A stretch of DNA of 64,000 bases from Octopus sinensis (lineage: Eukaryota), in assembly GCF_006345805.1 (NCBI RefSeq), contig NC_043002.1:80538001-80602000 (forward strand). The letters run 5' to 3'. The notes below the pieces were generated by a model. The model saw nothing but the letters and a program-made list of their open reading frames with translations. It was not told where the DNA came from and ran no database searches. The position numbers and the translations under genes were made by a program. Of this stretch, positions 1-11,084 are shown piece by piece. Each line of letters starts with the position of its first letter. Within the stretch, counting starts at the first letter, position 1.

Positions 1-220
1 TAAATAATAATAGAACGAATAATAATAATAATAATAATAATATAATAAGAATAATAAAATAATAATAATAATAATCATAATAATAATAATAATAATAAAA
101 TAATAATAACAATAATAATAATAATCATAATAATAATATAATAATAATATATAATAATAATAATAATTATAATAGTACCAATAATAATGATGATGATGAT
201 GATCATCATCATCATCATCC
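1..220. repeat. (AAT)n microsatellite followed by (GAT)/(CAT)n
   Basis: Direct trinucleotide repeats. Confidence 0.95.
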
Positions 221-221
221 T

Positions 222-340
222 CTTTTCTACAACAGTGCACAAGGCCTGAAACATTGGTGGAGAGATGTAGTCGATTACATCGACATCGTTTCTTCGCTTT
301 TATTTTAGTTTATCGACCACGGAATGATGAAAAGCAAGTA
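222..340 (-). mobile_element. SINE family A, 3' fragment
   Basis: Reverse complement of the body/tail seen at 31710-31935 (CACAAGGCCTGAAA...TAGTCGATTACATCGAC...TTTATCGACC). Confidence 0.7.
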
Positions 341-777
341 AGTTTTCGTACTTAAAACACCGTGATGCAAAAGAAAGATTTGAACAAAATCATGTAAGCA
401 AACGATGGATAAGAATAGACCGTTATACAATAGCGTGGGACTTATTTAACAATATTTGTATTTCATACGTGTAAGCAAATCAATACAGTATATTCATGAA
501 GATAAAGGAATATAAATTCATGTATCAGAAAAAAAATAATAGATACACGCAACCAAACCACAACCGTTTTAAGAGTCACACCTGTGTTTGTTCAGGGTAC
601 ATTGCGAAGCTGACTGCCTACACCCTCAGTACCCCATATCCCAGTACACATAATGCTCGGTATTAAAAGTCGCTAGACGTAAGTCAAGTGTGGAGTAGTG
701 TGTTTGTGAATCTGTGAATGCGCGTGTGCGTGTATGCACATAGATACATGCATACGAGCACAAGCACACTACCACAT

Positions 778-1937
778 TTATTCAATATGACCACATCTGT
801 TTGGAACCATAGCCTTAAGTCTAAGTGCGAATGCTTCACATGTGGCATGCAGTTGTTCTTGCGGAATCGAGGCCCAAGCCTGGCGCAGTTGTACTTTTAA
901 AGCGTTGAGCGAAGTATGAAGAGTGCTCGAGACCCTCGTGTTCAAAATGGATCAAACAGAAAAATCCAGCGGTTTCAGATCGAGGATTCTTGAGAGCCAT
1001 ACATCCTTGCCTATGAACGACGGAATGATTTTCTGGATCCAGCGTTGTGACTGTCTGGAGCTGTGTAATTTTGCCGTTTCCTGTTGGAGGTTCCAGGGTG
1101 CACTGTGAAAGTGCTCATTCGCTTATCGAAGCAGTTCGGCTTCCAGAAGCGAATGTATCGTTAGCTGTTAGTTTTAACACCCTTGGAAGCAAAAACGAGG
1201 GGAAACCTTCCATTGGCGGTCACAGCTGCCCAAACCATAACTGATTGTAGATTTTGACGTCGATTTACGAATCTATCCTCGACAGAGCCAGATACACTCC
1301 AAAGTCGGTCATTTTGGTGGTTTGCTGCTTGTTCGATGTCAAATTTCTTTTCATCAGTGAACACCAGAATGGGCAGCGTACCTTCAGAAATCCGACGCAG
1401 GATTAGAATACTTCTCTCTAATCACATGGCCTTATAAACTTGCGTGAGCTGTGAGTTCATATGAGAGATCCTCTTGTAGGGGTGGGTTCTGAAATCCTCC
1501 TTCAGTACTCGCTACACCGATGTTCAGCTTATTTTTGGCTTAGTAGCCAGTTTCCTGAGGGAACGACAAGGATTTCAACGTATCTTTATCTGGCACATTT
1601 GACAAGCTGAGGCGTCCGCACACTTCTTTTTCGGCCACATCCTCGTTGATCAGTGGGAGGACCAGTCTCTTGAAATTTCTTGACTATTTATGAAAGTGTT
1701 GTTCATTTAATTTTAAGCATTATTTACTATAGCTCTATTACTTTCGCCTCCTTTGTGGAGGGTTACAATTGTATTTCGGTATATAGCCATTATCTAATTT
1801 ATAAATCCGAATTTATTTAGTCTGAAGCAAAAAGAAACACTAGTCTTTTATAATGATGTATAACTTTCATATCTTACATTTATTGATAGTTATTAAAGCC
1901 TAAACTTCGGTTGCTATAATTTCGGGACACCCTGTAT
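778..1937 (-). mobile_element. Decayed Tc1/mariner element, maT/DD37D-like transposase pseudogene
   Basis: ATG at 1790 (MAIYRNTIVTLHKGGES), FTDEKKF...NHQNDR...SVMVWAAVTANG (1161-1364), LQQETA, DLKPLDFSV*SIL, C-terminus ...RCGHIE* ending 778; TA+CAGGGTGTCCCGAAATT terminus at 1918-1937; stops and frameshifts; other TIR not seen. Confidence 0.9.
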
Positions 1938-1944
1938 ATTCTTT

Positions 1945-2080
1945 TATTCTATTATTGTTTTACTTGTTTCAGTCATTTGACTACGGCCATGCTGGAGGGT
2001 TTTAGTAAAAAAAAATATACTTTAGGTCATATTCTTTGTAAGGGTAGTATTTATTTTATCGATCTCTTTTGCCAAAACGC
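1945..2080 (-). mobile_element. SINE family B, 3' tail
   Basis: TTTACTTGTTTCAGTCATTTGACTACGGCCATGCTGGAG matches reverse complement of 60850-60893. Confidence 0.8.
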
Positions 2081-2280
2081 AATTTTAAGTCATTTGCATG
2101 TGGTAATTTTATGTACTCATTTTCTTGTTCTTTTACTGCATGCTGAATATCTTTTGACTTATGGATTTTCGGTAAGCCGTAGACGTTTCTGAGTTTTGCC
2201 TCGCAATTGGTGATGTAGTCTCTTTCATTATCAGTAAGTGAGTCATAGTGCTTTGAAACCATGTTGTTGATTTTCTACAT
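2080..2280 (-). pseudogene. Penelope-like element reverse transcriptase fragment
   Basis: ORF 2056-2262 contains VYGLPKIHKSK...DLKLR, the F/YGLPKIHK...LRPI motif upstream of PLE RT cores. Confidence 0.8.
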
Positions 2281-2613
2281 GCTGTGGTGGTCTATATTTG
2301 AAGGTATTTCACAATATATAGGTAAAAAAAAACTAGTAAGACAATATCTAGACTTAAAAGACATATGCTAGTTCACAAAACATTTCTCCGGAATCAGATT
2401 CCAAAGGGCAAAGATATAAAAGAAACATAAATATCTGTCACTTGTGTCTTAAACCCTGCCAGTCAGTAACTGGTCTTAAAAGTCATCTAAGGGCTCATCA
2501 ATGGAGTGATTTACTATGTGATGGGGCATGGTGTGTGTGTGTGCGTGTGTGTGTATGCATGTATATGTATATATAATTATAATATATATATTTATATACA
2601 TATGTGTATGTAT

Positions 2614-2802
2614 AGGGAGAGTTTACGAAATAAACAAAAGACGACGACAGGTGATGTACAAAACAAACAGATGCATTAGTATAACGCTCAGGAATAGAAA
2701 AAGGATTTTACGTCTCGAGCGTGCGCTCTTCTACAGAAAGGGACACAGAAATAAACAAGGAGAGAAAAAAATGTGTGTAGTGGCTAATGATCTATCACGG
2801 CG
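2614..2802 (-). mobile_element. Non-autonomous repeat family E with hammerhead-like motif (copy 1)
   Basis: Reverse complement of 5129-5341; 3' end abuts a TA-rich tract. Confidence 0.75.
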
Positions 2803-2931
2803 ACAGTTTGATAAATAGTCAAGAAATTTCAAGAGTCTGGTTCTCTCACTAATCAACGGGGAGGTGGCCGAAAAAGAAGTGTGCGCAGGGCCAAGCTTGC
2901 CAAATGTGTGTCAGACAAAAGATACGTTGAA

Positions 2932-2984
<53 letters not shown>

Positions 2985-3034
2985 ATATATATATCCATGT
3001 ACATATATATATAACATCCAAATACACTTATATT

Positions 3035-3190
3035 TCTATTACTAATTAACAGGAGTAAAATAGTGACTTAAGGTCTGAAAGTTTCGTGCATTGGCATTTT
3101 TTCAAACTATCTGTAACTAGTTTGATAAGTGCCAATGCACGAAACTCTCGGAATTTGAGTCACGTTTTTGCATCTGCACAATATTAATAA
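3035..3190. repeat. Foldback (inverted repeat) carrying a hammerhead motif in each arm
   Basis: GTGACT...GTTTCGTGCATTGGCA...TCAAACTA / TAGTTTGA...TGCCAATGCACGAAAC...AGTCAC with ~8 nt spacer. Confidence 0.85.
3118..3164 (+). ncRNA. Type I hammerhead ribozyme motif, U3-A8 core variant
   Basis: TAGT-TTGATAA-GTGC caat GCAC-GAAA-CTC tcggaattt GAG-TC-AC; mirror copy on - strand at 3060-3110. Confidence 0.65.
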
Positions 3191-3399
3191 ATATATATAT
3201 ACATATATGCTCATATTTTGAGTTCTATTTCACCTATTTACCGCAACATATCTCTATATATACTTATATATATATACACACTTACAGGCACAATATATAT
3301 ATACATACATAAATACATACACGCATATATATATATATGTATACATATATGTATGTATTTGTATACTGATATTTTTTCCTATCTTGTCTGTAATGGATT

Positions 3400-3590
3400 T
3401 GTGACTCTTCGGTGGTACAGAAGTATTTTTCGACTTCTATCATTGGCTATATAGCTACTCATGTAGTACCCTTATATATGTATGTACATATCTAATATTG
3501 TATGTATATATTTTATTAATTTGCCTGTACGGCTAATAATTCACTTACCACTTGTGATGGTATTTTAATAATACCATCCCTATATTTATA
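3400..3590. repeat. Interspersed repeat also at 17745-18005 and 19335-19600
   Basis: Shared ACAGAAGTATTTTT-GACTTCTAT...CTCATGTAGT and TTAATTTGCCTG-ACGGCT-ATAA...CCATCCCT blocks. Confidence 0.7.
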
Positions 3591-3607
3591 TATGTATGTA
3601 TTATATC

Positions 3608-3650
<43 letters not shown>

Positions 3651-3784
3651 TACGAAAGAAGGTTTGAAAATGCAATTTTAAAAGATGTTTACCGGTTTCA
3701 CTCTTTGAATAAAGATTGTCAAAAGTAAATGTAGAAGTTTGGTTGCGTTAAATTATTGGTTGTTACAATTGCTACTTTGCATAT

Positions 3785-4195
3785 ATACAGTCTTTGGTAA
3801 CAAGGACATGTTAAGGACATTAAAAAGTTTAACAAATTCCTTAAAATATTGGGCACAAAAGATTACCACATAAATAATCTTTCTCAAGAACATGCTTAAG
3901 ATAGTCTCCAGAAGGGATTATTAAAAAGTTCAGTGGGATATTGGTATTGGTATTGTATCTGTATATTCAAACACGCACAGAATATTGGTTGACACAGAGT
4001 ACTACAATACATATATATATATACATTCTTTGGTGACAAGAGCATGTTGAGAACATAAAAAAGTTTAACAAGCTCATTGAAATATTGGGCACAAAAGATT
4101 ACAACAAATATATTATACATTCTCAAGATAATTTCCAGAAGGAATTATTAAAAAGTTCAGTAGAATATTGGTATACACGCACAGAATATTATGAG
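3785..4195. repeat. Diverged local tandem duplication (about 240 bp period)
   Basis: CTTTGGT-ACAAG...AAAAAGTTTAACAA...AAATATTGGGCACAAAAGATTAC...ATTATTAAAAAGTTCAGT occurs twice. Confidence 0.8.
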
Positions 4196-4379
4196 TTCAA
4201 AAAGGTTTACATTATAATAGTAGAGAAGCTAAAACTGATCTGTCCACCATGTTAATGTAAAAGAATATTATCTATTTCAAGGGACACAGTAGGTGTGTTT
4301 GGGTGGGGGAAAGGAGGAGTAATGTAGAACTGAAAAGAATTTATCCTTTTTGTCTCTCCTTCAAGCATCAATGCTTTAT

Positions 4380-6108
4380 GGGTCAGGATGGGGTGAGTTT
4401 GTGTGTCTCTGTGTGTGTATATACATATGTGGTGTGAATAGATGTGTCTGTGTGCTTGTAAGATCTGGTAGGATGGTGTGTGTATATATGTGTCCGTTTG
4501 TCAACCGCGTGTGTGGTTGTCTTGGTGTTGTGTGTGCGTGTGTGTGTGTGTGTGCGTATGTATGTGTGCGGATGGCATTTGGCATGTTGCTGCGTGTGTA
4601 TATGTGTGTCTGTATGGAGGTCAGAAAGGTGTGAGTGTGTGTGCTTTGTGTGTGTGTATATCTCACTACACCACACGACTTTACACATCACATCATATAT
4701 GATGTGCCATACTAATACATACACCAACTAATACATACTAATACGTACTAATACATACTAATACATACTAATACATACACCAATCCTATACATACACACG
4801 TCCAGACCCCTCATACGCAAATATACTCTCTCATACACACACACACACACTTATACATACTAATACGTACTAATACATACTAATACATACTAATATATAC
4901 ACCAACCCCATACATACGCACGTCCAGACCAATCCTACGCACTAATACTCTCTCATACACACACACACCCTTATACATACTAATACATACACCAACCCTA
5001 TACATACACACATCCAGACCCCTCCTACGCACTATTAGCTGGTCCTTCAACCTATTTATCAACCCTATTATCTCCCCTTATTTCGCTCCGCGTCTCATGT
5101 TTGATCTTTGACCTCTGGCCGAAATCAGATCGCCATGTTGATTCGTTGGCTACTGCACGCATTTTTTTTCTCTCCTTCTTTCTGTGTTTTTTTTCTCCTG
5201 TGTATCTTTCTGTTGAAGAGCGTAGGCTCGAAACGTTAAAGACTTGTTTTATTTATATTTCCTGAGCGCCATACTAATACAATTGTTCGTTTGTTTTCCA
5301 CCTGCCTTCGTCTTTTGTCTATTTTCATAAAGCTTCCCGTTATATATATGTATACATGTATTTGTGTGTGTGGGGGGGGGCTGTTTTTGATTCGTTCCAG
5401 GGTCCATTGTGGTGTAAATAGATGTGTGTTTTTTAAAGAATTGTTTTAGTAGGATGGTGTGTGTATATGTGTGCCCGTTTGTCAACCGTGTGTGTGGTTG
5501 TCTTGGTGTTGCGTGTGTGTGTGTGTGTGTGTGTATGTGTGTGGATGGAATTTGGCATGGTGCTGCGTGTGTATATATGTGTCTGTGTGGAGGTCAGAAT
5601 GGTGTGAGTGTGTGTGTCTTTGTGTGTGTGTATATATATGTATATATGTGTTTGTGTGTGGGGGGCTGCTTTTGATTGGTCCCGGGGTCCATTGTGGTGT
5701 AAATAGATGTGTGTTTTTTTAAAGTTTGGTAGGATGGTGTGTGTATATATGTGTACCCGTTTGTGTGTGTGTGTATGTGTGTGGTTAATGTTTGTTAGTG
5801 TGTTGCGTGTGTGTTCATGTGTATGTGTTTGTTCGTATGTGTGTCCATGTCTGTTGGGTGTATCTGTGTGGCGTGTGTGTGTATATGCGTTTTGTGTGTG
5901 TTGGTATTGAGTATGTGTTTGTATGTGTGCGTATATATGGTGTGAGTGTATGTGCCTTTGTGTGTGTGTTTGTCTTGGTGTGGTGTGTGTGTGTGTGAGT
6001 GTATGAATGTGCATGATTGGTGTTTGTTATGGTGCTGTGTGTGCGCACGTCTGTATATATGTGTATCTGTATGGGGGTCAAAACGGTGTGAGTGTGTGTG
6101 CATACACA

Positions 6109-6176
<68 letters not shown>

Positions 6177-6520
6177 CACACATGTCTTTCTGTGTGTGGG
6201 CCGTTTTTGATTGGTCCCAGAGTCCATTGTGGTGTAAATAGATGTGTGGTTTTAAGATTTGGTAGGAGTGTGTGTGTATATGTGTGCCCGTTTGTTTGTG
6301 TGTGTTGTGTATGTGTGTGGTTAATGTTTGTTAGTGTGTTGCGTGTGTGCTAGTGTGTGTATGTGTTTGTTCGTATGTGTGTCCATGTGTGTTGGGTTTG
6401 TCTGGGTGGCGTGTGTGTGTTTATGCGTTTTGTGTGTGTTGCTATTGATGAGTATGTGTTTGTGTGTGTGTGTATATATGGTGCGAGTGTGTGTGTCTTT
6501 GTGTGTTTGTTTTGGATGTG
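4380..6520. repeat. Composite GT-rich minisatellite-like region with an internal CATACTAA-rich block
   Basis: TGTGGTGTAAATAGATGTGT-like motif at ~4428, 5408, 5693, 6228; 5770-5990 repeated at 6305-6510; three CCAA-CCTATACATACAC-C-TCCAGACC units in 4775-5035. Confidence 0.8.
5035..5341 (+). mobile_element. Non-autonomous repeat family E with hammerhead-like motif (copy 2, longest)
   Basis: TCTTTCTGTTGAAGAGCGTAGGCTCGAAACGTTAAAGA at 5205-5242; 3' end runs into (TA)n. Confidence 0.75.
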
Positions 6521-6721
6521 TGCCTGTGGGGTATGTTAGAGTTTGTTATATCTATCTATCTATCTATCTATATATATATATATATATATATAAAAGAGAG
6601 AGAGAGCAATCTTTCTATCTATTTATCGATCAATCTATCTATCTTTGTGCGTGTGTGTGTTTTTCTATCTCTCTCTCTTTCTATCTCTCTCTCTCTCTCT
6701 CTCTCTCCCTTACTCTCTGTA

Positions 6722-6882
6722 TGGTATTTTGCCAGTATTTACGTTCCGAAGTCAAAAGCAACGAGATTGACTTTGCCTTTTATCCTTTCAGGATCGATAA
6801 ATTAAGTATCGATCTAAAAGACTGGTCCCACTACCCACAAAATTTCAGGCCTTGTGCCTTTAGTAGAAAGGATTATTATTAT
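6722..6882 (+). mobile_element. SINE family A, 5'-truncated
   Basis: GACTTTGCCTTTTATCCTTTCAGGATCGATAAATTAAGTA body; GGCCTTGTGCCTTTAGTAGAAAGG(ATT)n tail. Confidence 0.8.
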
Positions 6883-7712
6883 TATTCCTATCGTTGCTGC
6901 TGCTGCTGCTGTGTCTAATGTAGTCATAAATATCGATGTTTCCGAAATTTACATTCTTTTTCATAAATTTTTTTCAAAGGAAGTCGGAATTTGTATTTTT
7001 AAAGTAGGGCCATTCGTGGAAAATTGTCGATGGAGAACTGTCTTTGTCGCCCTGATTAAAAGAGGCACGGTTATTTTCTCGTCCCCTGCGGCCAATGGAC
7101 ATTATATTCTTATTTAAACAAATCATGAAGTTTGACAGATGAAGGGGGAAAAGCAGTTGTATGCAGTCATGGGACCCGTGGAGGATGTAACTCTACGCTT
7201 GTCGTCTATATTGAAAATATGCTTGACAAAAGGAAAAAGCGACATTTTCCTATGATTTTTTTTTCTTTTGCAGTGGGTAGCACTTAATGGATAAAATAAG
7301 AAAATAAGAAATATATAAGTATTATTTTTAAAACGTCAGCAATTCTATGGCACAAAAGACATGTGGGAAATAACATAGCTATGAACGACAACGCCATGAC
7401 TACAAGGACTACAAGCATTAGCAGCAGCAGCAGCAGTAACAACACCAACATTAGTAAAATGAGAAAACCAATATAAATAAGGATAAGGCAATTGGTATTG
7501 GATCTCAGTCGTAATGGCGGCTTGCCAAAGTAGACTTACCGAGTTTCTTCTAACGACTGCGAATATCATGTCTAACGCTGTGAATTCTGATTGAATGAGA
7601 CAGTGTTTTTCTGCTCAGCATCATTAAGTGGTTTTTTTTTTTTTTTTTTTTTTTGCAGAATATATTTCCAACAGAGAAATATATTTCAAAACACAAATAT
7701 TTTGCTTTAAAA

Positions 7713-7911
7713 TTTTCGCACAAGACCAGTAATTTCAGGGAAGGGGGAAATTCGATCGAATTGACCGCAATACTCTACAGATACTTATTTTATCGTCCTC
7801 CGAAAGGATGGAAGACGACACCGGCGGCATTTGAACTCAGAAAGTAAACACGGACGAAATGCCGCCAAGCAATTTGCCCGGCGTGCTAACGGTTCTGCCA
7901 GCTCTCCGTCT
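7713..7911 (-). mobile_element. SINE family A
   Basis: Reverse complement of GAGCTGGCAGAACCGTTAGCACGCCGGG head, B-box GAGTTCAAAT and CATCCTTTCGG body. Confidence 0.85.
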
Positions 7912-7934
7912 TTTCTCATGCACCAATATTATCA

Positions 7935-8045
7935 TTTTGGTTGGCCTAAGGCTACACTAAAAGTCACTCATCCGAGGTACAAATCTGTGGGACTGAACAC
8001 GGAACCAAGTGGTTAAAAATCAAACCTTTTACCACTTGGCCAATA
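7935..8045 (-). mobile_element. SINE family B, head fragment
   Basis: GTGGGACTGAAC-CGGAACCA-GTGGTT similar to 25990-26020. Confidence 0.6.
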
Positions 8046-8084
8046 CATAATATATAATTTATATTATGTTATATAACCTATACA

Positions 8085-8282
8085 TAAGTACACACACACA
8101 CACATACACGCACACAAACACACACGCACACACATACACACACACGCACACACACACGTACACATATATATATATATATAATTTTACATATATATATATA
8201 TATTATTGATAGCGTAGATAGATAGATCGATAAATAGAAAGATAGATAGATAGACAAATAGAAAGATAGATAGATAGATGGG

Positions 8283-8335
<53 letters not shown>

Positions 8336-8360
8336 GGATAGATAGATAGATAGATAGAGA
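8085..8360. repeat. (CA)n, (TA)n and (GATA)n microsatellites
   Basis: Direct simple repeats. Confidence 0.95.
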
Positions 8361-8947
8361 GGTACATACACATAGTTATATGCGAATATACAAGTGCATA
8401 CATATGGATTTGTCTATAAATTTGTTTGTAAGCACTGATATGTGTCTCTATACATATGTAGAAGCGTTGTATATACATTATATACATATGTATGTATATG
8501 AATGTGCAACTTAACATTATCGTCTCTAACGGGTGTTTATTGTTAGACATATGACGCCACTTAGAGCCATTGCGATGTGTTAAGTATAGAAGCAATTCGA
8601 ATCACTTATTAGTGAGTAGATTTACTCTAATCAAGTATTTATTACATTCTATAACACACCAATCCATTTTAGTTTTAATAATGTATTTTCTGGTTTTCGT
8701 GTTGTTAACTCAGCTTTTTTTATGAAGCTATGTCTCTGTATTGGTTTGTGTATGTGCTTGTGTATGTGAGTGCGTTTGTGTTTATGTGTATGTGGATGTA
8801 TATATATATATATATATAAATATGCATATATGTACCTATATATATATATAAATATATACATCTAATATAATGTAATATAATATTTACACACACGCACACA
8901 CACATATAAGTATACATACATATGCATATATATACATAAATATAAAC

Positions 8948-8989
<42 letters not shown>

Positions 8990-9452
8990 CTATATTCCAA
9001 GCTGTGTCCACTTGAACCACATTTGCTTATTCCACTACTCCAAAATTGTATATAGATGTTATACTTGTTTGAATTATGCATAAGAGTTGAAAAATACTGT
9101 AAAATATATTTTTGCAGAGTAATTAGATATCACAAGAGGAAACTGGAAATAATTTCTAATATTATTTATTTACCAAGTTTGATTTGCTGAAAGGAGGTAG
9201 AACACTGCACATGTAGAAAAAACATGGAAGATATTTCCTATTGGAAATGCTTTGGCCGCAAGAATTTTTTGATAGTCATATGGATTTCTTATAGGAGATA
9301 GCTTGCATTTTTCTCCTATATGTACAATTGTGTAACACCTATTAGCAAATGAAGCGTGTGTATTGGCGAATAAATAATTACAAAGCAGTTGTCTCAATCT
9401 CTTTTTTTCACCCTTGTCACACACAAAAATAGGTATATATTTTCATCAACAC

Positions 9453-9488
9453 TGTTCGACGAATGGGAACGCGAAATTCTGAGTAACA
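9453..9488 (+). ncRNA. Degenerate minimal hammerhead motif
   Basis: TGT-TCGACGA-ATGGGAACGC-GAAA-TTCTGAG-TA-ACA; core altered. Confidence 0.35.
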
Positions 9489-9720
9489 ATCTTGTGATAA
9501 TTTTGCAGCTTTAATAAAAGCATATCACTCTATCTGTAACATTTGAGTACTATTCTTTCCACCATGTTTTGCACTTATGTCCTCTCCTTTATGTGCTCTC
9601 CCGCAGACACATTTATATATACACACATACATTTATATATATATATGCATATATATATGTATGTATATATATAAAATGTATATATATATATATATATACA
9701 TATATATATCTGTATGTATG

Positions 9721-9761
<41 letters not shown>

Positions 9762-9769
9762 ATTATGTG

Positions 9770-10660
9770 TCAATTATTCGGTTGCTATAATAAGATTCCG
9801 AGTTTGGGATGTCGGGGCGGAAACCTGTTCCGGCATCTCGTCAGTTATGGAAGCAATCAAAATATGCTATAAAAATGACCGTTACACAAAGGGAAATTAC
9901 GCACACACATGTGAATATACCCATACAGGCACGATTGACCGTTATTAAGGGAAAAGTGCTTTTAGAATGACTGTTAAATAAGGGAAAAAATTGAAGGGGA
10001 GGAAGTAAAAAGTAAAGAAGTAAAAATGCTCATAGCAATCGCGTATGTGCGCTTGTACATGCATACACATGCGCGCACACACACATACGTACATGTGCCT
10101 ATATGCATATGATCACCCACACTCGCATGAAACACATACATGCGCATCCACACATTCGCAAATAGATGCACATATATATGCAACCATGCATGTATACGTA
10201 TACATATAACACACACATAAGCTTACTCTCGCGTGAAGCACGTGCATATACACACGTATATATATATATACAACCATTAAAATGTACATATGCATGTGCA
10301 TATATACATACCCGTAAACACGCACACAGATACTCGATGTACACATATGCATATGCGCATATGAGTATGTGCATGTTTGTGTGTGTGTACGCGTGTGTTT
10401 CATATGTATACGTGTACATGCATGGTTGTATATATATGTGCATCCATTGGCGTATGTGTGGGTGCGCATGTATGTGTTCTATGCGAGTGTGAGTGAGCAT
10501 TTGCATATAGGCACACGTACGTGAGTGTGCGTGCGCGCATGTGTATGTATGTACATGCGCGCATACGTAATTGCCTCGATAACTGACAAGATGCCGGAGC
10601 AAGTTTCCGCACTGACAACCAAAACTCGGAGTCTTATTATGGCTACCGAATAATTGTCAC
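9770..10660. mobile_element. ~0.9 kb foldback element with hammerhead motifs near both outer ends
   Basis: 9770-9857 inverted to 10568-10660; 10036-10220 inverted to 10385-10574; HHR on - at 9790-9848 and on + at 10579-10637. Confidence 0.8.
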
Positions 10661-10864
10661 ATATTATATTACAGATAAATTCCTCTATTTACATAATAAT
10701 GAGGCTTCTTTCATTCTTTTGTTGCCTTACTGTTACTATTAATGTATATACATGTATATATATATATATATAATATTATTAGAGACAATGTTTAAATAAA
10801 TGGAGTTTAACGCAGGTGTAAATCTGATTTTTTCCCTGTAAATTTGGATTTATTCCCTAATATT

Positions 10865-10919
<55 letters not shown>

Positions 10920-11084
10920 AAGAAGAGAGAGAGAGAGATGAGTGTATTTTTACCTTGTTAACAATTAACACGAATTTAAATAAATAAATAGTTACCAGGG
11001 TAGCAAAAATCTCACAAGTAAAGATGTTGTAACTCCTTGTTTATAAAGGTAGAAACTTCGTGTTTACGTGGAATATTTTGAATA

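Noticed and set aside
4700-5035. Spaced repeats resembling a CRISPR array
   Set aside because: Intervening sequence is itself repetitive, eukaryotic context, no cas genes
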